Origin: Lepidodermella squamata
Lineage: Eukaryota > Animalia > Gastrotricha
Direction of reading: 5' to 3'
NCBI GenBank assembly: GCA_047495785.1
Contig: JBLDXI010000038.1
Coordinates: forward strand, 248,001-312,000
DNA: 64,000 bases
In this document: positions 1 through 10,824 of the stretch, one piece after another
Layout: each line of letters begins with the position of its first letter
How positions within the stretch are numbered: the stretch's first letter is position 1
Notes under the pieces: generated by a model
What the model was told of the DNA's origin: nothing
What the model saw: only the letters and a program-made list of their open reading frames with translations
Database searches by the model: none
Program-made: the position numbers and the translations under genes

Positions 1-22
1 TCAATTTAAATTTTAAATTTAG

Positions 23-1582
23 CACGTGCTCTATCAACGTCGAATTCGTTAGTATAAATCAAAAGGTAAATCGCTAGAATAACATAAATTTATCCTCGTT
101 TTCCAGTTTCCTTTCGACGTTCAAAACTGCTCGCTACTTTTCTCAAGTTGGACCTATGATGGGACACAGGTGAAAAAAAACGAAAAAATGCAGAACGAGA
201 CTTATGATTTGTTCTTCAAACAGGTTGACATTCAAACTCTCGGAACTACAGGGGACTTGTCGAATTACATGGAGAACACAGAATGGAATTTGATAAATAT
301 GACCCAAGTCAGAGAAATCCGATACTTCAGCTGCTGCCCCAATGATCCGTACCCTTTCGTCACCTATTTCGTGATAATGCATCGACGGCCGTTGTATTAC
401 ATGTACAACTTGTTCATGCCGTGTTTACTGTATGAGATATTTTTTCGCGTCGTGCCTAGCTGACATGATTTTCAGGATTACACTGGTAGCTCTGCTGGGA
501 TTCTTGGTTCCTTCGAATTCAGGCGAAAAAGTTTCAATGGGAATAACAACGCTTTTGTAATTTAAAACAAAACACCATACTGGCTTGCTTTTTCACAATT
601 TGTGTCTTTCAGGTCAATGACCGTGTTTTTGATGGTTCGAGCGTTAAAGTGGTACTTTATTCCCTTGATTAGCTGTATTTATTCCACAAAGGTTGTAGCC
701 GAAAGTATGCCACCGACAAAGAACCACGTTCCGCTACTTGGTAACGTTTTCGAATGAAATTCCTCATTCGGCCACGCATTATCCATGGTTTGCCTTGACA
801 TAGGACTCTATTTCGGTTTCAATATTTTGGTGGTCATGTGCACCACCGCTCTAACAGTGTTGACCCTGAATATTCACCATCACGGACAACGAGGAATACG
901 GTAACGCGGAACTTACTCGTAGTTCAATCCATTTCCCTACTATTTTCATGCCCCTAGAATGCCCACGTTTCTACGATTCATTGTACTGTCTATTCTGTCA
1001 AAACTGGTATTCTACTCTGTGCATCTGCCAGATGGGAAATTGCTTGTGGAGAACGCGGTAATTTGCACACGAATTTGTTCCTGCAGATTGTTCAGATATA
1101 AAATTACATTTTCAGGACAAATCTGTGCCGATTATTTATAAATTGCTATGCAAAGCAACGCCTTCGTCCACTTCGGATCCTTCTGAATCGAATGGTAGCG
1201 ACTCTGCTGCAGAGCAGGATAATACAAACCAAGGCCGCGCCTTACTAAATGATGAAATAGCACAAAAAGTATCAGCTGCTGATTGCTTGCCGGATGGAAG
1301 CAGAGATGCGTTGAACATGTTGCTCATCCGAAACGTCAAACAATTAGTCGAAAGTAATAAGCAACTGAATAGTGACAAAATAACTCGTAAGGCAATCGAG
1401 GCCGAGTGGGAACAGGTTATAAAAAAGCCTTGTGGAAAATTGTATATATTATATTTCTTTTCATTCAGGCGGCCGCAATCATTGATCGGCTGATACTAAC
1501 TGTTTTCTTGGCTATTACGATTGGTGTTTCTGTTTCTATGAGCTTGTTTGATCCCAGCCTCGTTGATTCGTCACACCCATGA
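23..1582 (+). CDS. Nicotinic acetylcholine receptor alpha subunit, 5'-partial. Exons approx. 23-47, 107-169, 224-429, 476-556, 613-634, 692-740, 804-900, 958-1057, 1116-1415, 1469-1582
   Basis: The spliced product has the Cys-loop (TCSINVEF|FPFDVQNC), WTYDG, loop C vicinal cysteines (YFSCCPNDPYP), TM1-TM2 with GEKVSMGITTLLSMTVFLM, and TM4 (IIDRLILTVFL). All introns are GT-AG. Confidence 0.95.
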
Positions 1583-2101
1583 GGACTGAGACCGCATCAA
1601 TGATAGTGCATCCTCAAAGAATTAGCGATGAGTGACAAAACACAACCTTGCATTCAAATAATCGTTTTATTTACTTCAATTTCGCTTCAACTGTTGCTCA
1701 TGAATAAATCATTCAGCTAAGAATTTAAAATAAATATTTGTTAACTTCACTGATTTCACATTCTAAGGATTGCTGAATCTCGCCTCGGCATGGGTATCGT
1801 AATTAGTCAAGGTCTCGATCAGCCATCGGTTAGCTCGGCTTTCTCAGAATAGTTTTGCTCGTTAATTTTGGTAACCAGCGGAATGAATGAATGAACCCAT
1901 AAGCCATACAAGGCGCTTGTCATTGTAATCGGCGTATGGAGCGACGTTAGGCTGTTGAGGTTTCCAGGCATATCTTCCTGGTTGCAATTCAAGCATTCGA
2001 AACAAGCTTCCATGGTACAAAGCAGTTGCCCGTGTATCGATGTTATACTTACCTGTTCCACCTGAAGAAAACTGATGAGAAGAGCAAAAGAAACATTGAT
2101 T

Positions 2102-2158
2102 TTGGCTAGTCTGACGTATTAAAACGTTTCGTCTCGGCCAAGAGACTCCTCAGAGACC
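2102..2158 (-). ncRNA. Type I hammerhead ribozyme with GUC cleavage site between 2113 and 2112
   Basis: The minus strand reads GGUCU CUGAGGA GUCUC-UUGGCC-GAGAC GAA ACGU-UUUAAU-ACGU C AGACU A GCCAA. The core is intact, stems I/II/III pair, and loop II UUGGC is complementary to the 3' GCCAA. Confidence 0.9.
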
Positions 2159-2391
2159 TTTAAACTCGATAATAAATTATATCTAGGTATTAGATAAATT
2201 ATCGGTCAAGTTTGTTGTCTTCAATCAACGCGATTATTTTTGTTGAAGATTATGAGATGTAAAAATGGATGGATGGATTTGAAGCCCAGTCACCAATTAT
2301 GGCGGTATTCATGGGCTGAGGGTTGAGATGATAGAGCAGCCCGATCATCACAGGTGATGGTTTTCACGGGTGCAGTCGATATATAAGAGAA

Positions 2392-3397
2392 TTATATATG
2401 AGTAAAAAAATAACTTCGTAGAAAAATAAAAGTATAATGTATGTAAGGTTCTAATTCGATCCATTGGTCCAATTGCTCCTTGACAAACTCAACAAGATAG
2501 GCGGCTTGACGAGTGGCTTTGGAGGATCCGAGTTTGCGCGCGAAGCTGCGAGTGTCGTTCCAGGCCTTGGTGCCACGGTGGAAAAATGTGCACTGACCAG
2601 TGGTGTTGGTACGTTCAACTGGCAAACGGCAAGAGTCATTGGAGCGTGTCTTAGTGCAGTTGCCGGCTTCCTTTGAGAAGGCTTCAATTAGCAAGTCGGG
2701 CGCTTCGCCGTGCGGGATCTGCCACATAAGCTTTATGACGTGAACATTTCTTCGTCCATGGAGCGAAAGCCATTGTAGGTCCCAGAGTACTGGTTCAACG
2801 GGGAATTGATAAGGCTTCAGCAGTAGGGCCCGGATTCCAGCACGCTGAGCTTTGTCAAGCATGTCAAGGGCGGTTTTAGAGCCGGCGCCTAGTATCCAAC
2901 ATGAGAGTCGATCAGGCTTTTGAAAATCGCTTTTCTACCAGCGAGCGGAACGCCGTTTTGTCCGACAAGGCGAAGGGGGTAGGCACCGCTGCGGCATTTG
3001 TTGAAGATTTTCTCAGCGTGTAGCTCAAGTTTTACCCGATGTCTATTTCCATCCCAAGCAAGGTGATCGATGACTGAGGCTGAACCTTGATTCTGTTAAC
3101 ATTAACATTAACATCGCTGAGGTCCCAATCGATCGGATTAAGTTTTGGGGCAAGAAACATTATTTGAGTTTTTGATTCATCTAGTTTCAGGCTGTTTGAC
3201 CGCAGCCAGGACGCGATGTTGATCAGTTGATGCTCGAGTTTCCCTTGGGCCTGAGCCAAAGATTCGCCAGTGGCGTATTGCGTTGCGTCATCGGCATAAA
3301 GGTAGATGCCGCAGTCGGGGTCGGTGATGACATTTGGCAGCTCATTCACATAGATAGTGAACAGCATCGGGCCAAGGACGCTGCTTTGCGGCACCAC
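2392..3397 (-). mobile_element. 5'-truncated, frameshifted non-LTR retrotransposon (CR1/L2-like) RT remnant
   Basis: VPQSSVLGPMLFTIYVNEL and LYADD RT motifs (3032-3397); the thumb/C-terminal part continues in another frame (2392-2862). Confidence 0.9.
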
Positions 3398-4189
3398 ATA
3401 ATTAATAGGTAAAAAGGGTGAGATGGTATTGCCCAGCGCGCTAATGAATTAGCTGATAAAAGCCTTCCTTCGTGTGACTTTCAATATAGAGGAGGGCGAG
3501 AAGGGTCAAACAGCAGACGGACGACTTCGTCAGTCAAGAATGTATCAAGCCTTCAGGTCTGATGAAACCTCCATTCCAACCGCGAAATTCAAATGTTAAT
3601 GAAGATATTCTACTTTCTATTTGCCGATCAACGACAGAACTGGGCAGAAATGATAGGTATATATAAGAGAAGCTGATCTCAGTACTTAAATAACAAACTA
3701 ACTGACTAGCTAACGTAAAAACCTCATCCTGGTGAATGAATCGAAGTAAAAACGCAGCTTACTCTAATCGCCAACTTCTTCTGACAGCGAACTACTGCTG
3801 CGCGTTCAAGACGAGTCAAAATATGAGAAAAAGCCACGGCAAAAAGTAATTATTTAAGTGCCGGAAAATCAAGTGGACAGTTTATTTTTCATGTTCGTTG
3901 TCAAAATTTATATATTTTAATTGTTTCAATTAAGTAAGGGCAAATGAAAATCGCGAGGTGCAAAATCCTTTTAGCTGCTGATCGCGATCAAGCCGCTCGT
4001 GATGGCTCCTTTTTAGGATCTGCCTGTTCCTCATCGACTTTTAATAGTATTTATTCAAAGTTTGTGTATGGTTTAACTAATACTAATGCCGTACAATATT
4101 TTCACCTTTACAGCTATCCTATTTTCTATGACTGATTAGATTTTTTCTCAAATGTAACGCCGTATTTTGTTATTAGTTTTTGTTTATGA

Positions 4190-7100
4190 ATGAGTAAGAA
4201 AGGAGGAAGAATTGTCAAGGCGCCGAGTGAACTTGTCGCTCTAGGTTAGTATCAATACTTTTTCGATTTGAAATTGGTGAAATGACAGCTTTCAGGATCC
4301 GCTCCTGTCACATCCACTTTCAAGAGAGAATCGGCTCCTCCTACTGCCTCAGGTTCTGTCAGACCTTTGGCCCCTCCTGAAAAAAGAGCCAAGTTACAAC
4401 CGGTTGTACCTGTCAAACCTAATGTAGCAAAGAAATCAGCGGATCTGCCTAAAAAAGACGCTTCTATATCAGAGCCGCCTCCACCTGCTGCTTCATTTGA
4501 TGTCGAACAATTTTACGCTTTGGTTTCTGGAAATGTTATTCCATCTGCCCAATGCGACTTGATGCTAAAGCGGTGCGCTATTTATATAGCCAACAATGTA
4601 GCTAAGCTTGACAATCAATTTATCATGTCCCTTTTTCATCTGGTGAATGAACGTCCGGAGTTGTTCAGAACGAGCATGACCCTAACTGCCTTTTCAGCAC
4701 TGCTCCACTCGAAGCCATATTCTTCTCAGGAGCGCAAAACGGTTATGCTGCCGCCTGTGATTGCTGCCAATGTTCTTTTCCTGGCCTATCGCCATGAGTC
4801 ATGCTGGCCATCTGAATTTATTGCTTTCTTCATTGAAGATGCTCTTGGTGAGCGAATTTGGGTCGAAAGACCTGAGTGTTCGCTATTTGTGTATCATTTG
4901 GTGAAAGCATTTTCAACTCGCTTGCCACCTCATTTGGAAGAATCCATCAGAGGATCAGTCATGAAAAAAGGTGAGAAGCGGTATTTTCCCATGTCAAAAA
5001 GTTTTAATGTTTGTTGGGTCAAATTATAGGCTTCAAAACGATCAACGATACCGTAATTGCCTTTCAGCGATGCCTAGCGGCCATCAACACGAATCTTTCT
5101 AATATTCCGGATCAATCATCGAAATTCAGTGCTGACTGGGATTCTGTCGCTGGTTTGGTCAGCGAGTATGTTCGTGAATTCATCTCTAGGAAGCAAACAG
5201 GCGAGGTTCAACTTCAGAATCTTCTGAAAGTCATGCTCCTTACATGTTGCTTTGCCGAAATAAGGTGAATGATTATTTACTTTTTATTTGTTATCTAATA
5301 TCTAACTTATGTCTTAATCAGAAAAATAGCTTCTGAGAAGCTAGAGTTTTGGCTTCAAAATCAGAAAATAGTCAAACTCGCTCAAGATCTCTTAATGACT
5401 GTTTGCATGAATTCTTCTGGTGATACATCGATGGAAACTGATTCTGTAAACGCTATTATTAAAGTAAGAACAACTTGTGTTTTAATTATTTTTTTACGTC
5501 GACTTTTTCAGCTAAAATATGCTTCTAAGCAAAAGCATCTGTCTTCTCATTTTCTATCTTGTATTCGGCAACTTTTATCGTCGAACCCACCGCTTGCGCG
5601 TAAGCTGATCGTGCAACACGTAGCTGGTGCCGAGTTGGTGCCACCAACATCTGGTCCTCGTCCCATCGCCAATGTTTCGCTACTGGATGCCGCGTTTTCC
5701 GTCGATGGTGGTTGGGCAACAAACCACATACTTGCTGATTATTTTGGAGAAATTATTTTTACCGCGAAAGAAGATCCTCTGAAAGGCCTAAGAACTGCTT
5801 TGCGCGACATTGTAACTGGCGTCAAGAGTCCGCAATTGAGCCTCAAAGTATTCGTTGATGTATTGCTCAAACTGACTGACAAAACTGGCAGTGACAAAGC
5901 TCTTCGCGATCGAGTTATCGTCAGTGTTGCCGATATCGTCTGCCTTTGTCAGCAACTTCTAGTCACCGAATTGATAGTCAATGCGTTTGAAAGCTTCAAA
6001 ATGTCCGACCCGAATTCGTTCGGATCGCCCCTGCCAGCTGCTGTGTTGGAGACAACTTCCCAAACTGAAACGATGCTTCGAAAATTTCAAGAGCAAGTCG
6101 CATCGATTCAGTTATCAGCTGCGAAATGGTGGCTTGGTTTGAAGCCGGGCGGAGAAGCTTTGGGAACTGGCTTGAAAACATTACTGATTATGGATAATCC
6201 GATGACCTATGTACAGCGTGACAATTTTCCGGCTGAGCCTGAACGGTCGCAAATTTTCCGAATCCTCACTCAATACATTCCATCGTCTGAAAGCATGTTT
6301 CAAATGATCATTCAGTCTCCTTATGCAAGTGAGCAGCACTTCTACGCGTACCAGCTCATGGAAATCTTGTGTGGCTTGTTGGCGCGAAATGCAACTTTGG
6401 CTCGAAGATCGCTCCCAACCATTATTCCGTTCAAAAACTCCGATTTGATCAACATTTTGCTCAACCATTCAAGGTATAACGTCGATAAATCCTACGGCGA
6501 ATATCACGATTTGGCTGTCACTTCGTTGTACTGGAAAGCCTGGTTGGTTGTTCTTCTGTCGGTTGCTGTCAACCCATCTGGTCTCGGTGCGATTTTCTGG
6601 CGTAATTATCCGACGCTGCGCTACTTGATGGAAATGTGCATGACCGGCTGTTACGAATTTCCTTCTGTTGCCGTCGCTTCTCAAGCACAGGATTTGGCTG
6701 AAGAAAAACGAATTGCAGAAGAAGAGCACGCCGCTATTTCGATGCTAAGCCAGAAGTTGAACGCTTCACTCGGTAATCAAGTAATGTATTTTGACCCGAC
6801 CGGGCCTGCTCGTCGACCGCCAGAAGCATTTTTTGGTGAATTGTCGCGGCTGAATGACTTGATTGGCATTGGTGCCATGCTCTGCAAATCACGCGATCCC
6901 GATTTCCTTCAAGCCCTAACCACACAGTCTCAAACTGCTGGACGACCAATGCCCTGGTTGAGGAATCTTATCCTGAATGCCGATGACGCGCTATTCGTTC
7001 TTCCCGTCCATTGCGTTTGCCAATTCGTCCTCGATGTCGAGCAAATGCCTGATGAAGCGAAATCGCCGCAAGAGGCTGAAAAATGCTCGAAAATCTACGA

Positions 7101-10100
7101 GCAAATGACTGGTCTGGTTGCGTTGGCGACACCAGGAAAGCTGAAAGAATTCCAACTCGCTGGTCAAATAGTCGTAAATTTTGTCACGAGGCTGTCTTCT
7201 CCTTCTGCGAATCAACGTACAGCTGCCCGGCGCTGTCTCTCGAAAATCTGTTCGCTTACCGATGGCGACGGCAGCCAGTTTCAACTTGAAGCATTGTCAA
7301 GTCTACCGGTGTATTCGGCGAACGAAGGCGCCATTCTGAAATCTCTCCACGAGGCGTTAAATGTCGTGTTGGACTTGCAAGCTGCGATGAATTACTTGCA
7401 ATTCATTTTATCGAAGAACTTGGCAGCTCTACCGGTCGAATTGCGGGAACCACTGGTTGTCGACGTTTGCCGGTTTATTGTCGAGCGAAGAACTTTGTCG
7501 ATCGAAGGCCCGAAATCAATTCTCCCTGCTGCCCCGAATTCCGCCTCATGGACTGCAGCTCAAGCTGAACTACATCAGCAATTGATGGCTTTGCTTTCTG
7601 AATATTTTTCGATGACAATATCTGACCCGAAAATGCAAACTAGCCTAGAGTTCGTTGATCCAGCTCGGCACGTAAAAGTTGTTTTCAAGGTGGAAGGTGG
7701 CCATTCCCGCGTTTTCCATATCGCGGTGGTCGAAGCTGCTGTTCTAATGGTTGCTCTCAAGTCGACAGATTCAGATTCTCAAACTAGGTAAAATTAAGAT
7801 GAAACGGCCTATTTGTTTTATTAATAATGGGTTTCCCACCAGCTTGGTTCGTATGTGGTTCAGTTCAGACCCCGAAGTGCGGCCCAAGTTTTTCCATGTC
7901 ATCGATCCAGAGCAAATGCTATCTCGTGGGAATCCGTTCAAACAAGATTGGCTCCGACAAATTCTGCTCAATTCAGCCCAGCCGCTTTTGATCGACACGG
8001 CGCTGTCATACTGCTCGACTATCGATTTGTTAAATTTGGCTCGATCATTCGGCATTGAGCCAGCTGTTACCGGGCGATTTCTCGACGAACTGGACAATCA
8101 ATTCTTGCGCAGCCCAACAATGGCTAACGAGTTGATGCCGACTGGGAATTTAGATGATGCTCGATTCATGTTAAGATGCGTTCAGGTATAACAGAAATAC
8201 CCCTAGACTTACGCATTTTTAACGTTTTGTGCAATTTCAGGTCTATCAAAAGCGCTTTCTCGCTTCGCTGCCCACGCCACCTACAGCGATGCCGGGTCAA
8301 AAATTTGTCGATTGCGTAAATCAAATTTTGAGTGTGAAGCAGCAGCAGCAACAACAGCGGAAACAAAGCGTGATAAGTCGAAGTGCCCCTCAATCTCCCG
8401 GCGGTCCGGCTTCGCCATCTTCAGCCCCTGCGTCACCGATGGACATGAATGCTGGTGAAATTCCATCAACTATCGACGACGCACCTGCTTCGCCAACGTT
8501 CGGCGATGTAATTGTAGCGAAGAAGTCAGCTCTTGACTGCGATTCTTTCTTCAGCTTGCCTTCTATGTTCCGGACAATAACAACGTTGAGCCAAGACAAG
8601 AACTGCAATACAGCGAAAATCCTCAGCTCGATCGAGGACCAATTGTCTCAAGACCTGGTTTCAGTCCGAGAATTTGCGATGAGTTCACCTGGTATTTGCT
8701 CTATGCTTCTCGGCGCCCTATCGAAGTCAAAATCTACCGATTTGCAGCGCTTGATCGAAACTTGTAAACGTCTGTACGTTGAAGCCGGTAGTGATTGGCG
8801 AGAAATTATTCGGTCAAACTCGATTCTGAAACGTGAAATGGCAGAGTTTCTGAAGAAAGAAGACGAAATCGCGGTCGCTGATAAACCTGCTGTGGATGAC
8901 GAAGAAATCGCCAGCATTTCTAGCCCGGTTGAAGCTGGTGGAAATCTGCGACTTCTCGTTCCAGACGAAATAGAGTTCAGCGACGAAACTCAAATCAGTC
9001 GATTCATTTTCCTCAACGGCCAATGGACATTGGGCGAAGGTCTTCGGCTGTGTTCTATCCTTCTCGAACGGCGTGATGCTCACACAGTTTGGAAGGTTGT
9101 TTCCATCCTCCTCAATACATCGAAAGACGACCTGCCAAAAGACTGTAGTTTGATTTTCGGTTTCATCCACGCGGCCTTCGAACGCCCAATCACGTTTTTG
9201 GGTCGCGAAGTTGTCGCGGCAAAAGACAGCGATCTGACCTTGACTGTTCTACCTGAGCTAACCGATCAAGAAATTCGAAATCTACTCGAAATTATCGATC
9301 GGTCATACGTCAATAATTCGGATAGCGTTGTCGAATTATTGAATATTCTAGTGACGAAGTTCGCGTCTCGAGTTGATATTTTCGTCGATTGGGTCGCGAC
9401 AAAGCTGGCTGATGAAGAAGGCGCGCTGATTACCTCGAGAATGGAGCTGACCATGAAGTTATACGCTCGGGTTCCTGGTCTGCTGACTAAACTACTCGAG
9501 AAACCTCGCCTAAGAACTGCGACAAGTATGCAACGACTCGACGCTCTCGCAGATTCGACTGTGCAAACGTTGCTCCTAGCGATCGGAAGCAACGATATGA
9601 AGCGCGGCTGGACTGAACGAGTTCGAGAAGCCACCTCAATGTGCCGTCGACTCGCAATTCTACACCCTGGTTTGATTTTGAACAATCTAGATCTCCTCGC
9701 CACGCTGATGCAAGGTCGAAATACTGCTGTCTCATTTCCCCAATTTCGCAGCTTGAATCACATGAATATCCTCGGCAATTTGCTAAGTGTCCTTCTTTTG
9801 CTTCAACCGAGCATTTTCGCGAATCGCCATTCAGAAGCGTTGAAACTAATCATCGATTCTTGCGTCGAGATATTTCAGCTCTACATCAGCGAGACAGACT
9901 CGATGCGGCAGTTGATATCAAAATTCGCGAAACTAATCGTAGGTATGATCAATACGAATCTTCCTATGGCCGTCAAGTTGCTTAAAACGCATCACCAATT
10001 GCTGCATCGTTTGAGGCAGCTGCTCCGAAGCGACGTGCCCGAGCTCGAAACGGCTGATTCCATCCTCGATTCTGTGGTCCACGCACCGGCGAAAAGCACC

Positions 10101-10649
10101 GATTCGAATGAAGTTGACGGCGTTTTCAACTCGCAACTCGAAGATATCGGCGCGGGCGATTACAACTCGACCGAAGTTCAAGACTTGATCGACCGGCTGG
10201 AACGACGTCGAAAATCCGTCGAAGGCCTTCTTTCGATTTTGACTGAAATCGAAGTTTTCACTCGCTTCCGGCCGACTGCCTTGGTTCATTTTTCTAATCA
10301 GCTGATCAATCTGTTGTTTGATGACAGTGTGCAAATCGGTCATAAAGTTCACACCTTGATCGAACGGTTGCTCCGAAACGTTCCAGGGTCGTTATCTTCG
10401 TTTTTTGATCAATGGCTCGCTGCGTTCCGAAAAACCGCTTTGTCTCCGGATTCTCCTGGCATTGATGCGTTGAATCTTTTCCTGAAATCTGAGGCGTATG
10501 ACATGTGTTCTATGTTCCCTGAACGTAGTTTGCTAGTTGTCGAACTCTTGTTCGATTTAATGGCATCAGGGCGATTGACCAGCTCAGAGACATTGATTCG
10601 CTGCATTCGTGAACTAAATTGCGATTCTATGTTCACTAATAGCGCTTGA
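4190..10649 (+). CDS. INTS1: Integrator complex subunit 1. Exons 4190-4244, 4296-4970, 5030-5264, 5322-5463, 5512-7787, 7843-8185, 8241-10649; about 2040 aa
   Basis: Motifs SELVALG, WPSEFIAFFIEDALGERIWVE, KLEFWLQNQKIVKLAQDLLMTVCMN, LYWKAW and LCKSRDPDFL match INTS1, and exon phases are consistent. Confidence 0.93.
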
Positions 10650-10824
10650 GATCGCTTTCTTCAATCGATCATCTTTTTTTAAGGAGGAGTTTTTCAGCTC
10701 TCGCTATCTATAGTATGATCATGACTCTCGCTATTATTTTCTTTTACATTTATAAAGGTGGAATTTTATGTTTCGGTTATTTTTCTATAGGTTTTTTACT
10801 CATATTTCCTAGCACCAAAAAATA

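Noticed and set aside
2072-2100. Plus-strand CTGATGA...GAAAC next to the real ribozyme
   Set aside because: The intervening sequence cannot form stem II.
5464-5511. ORF-track residues VRTTCVLIIFLRRLFQ in INTS1 (similarly 49909-49959 in NCDN)
   Set aside because: These are stop-free 3n GT-AG introns of typical size, not coding insertions.
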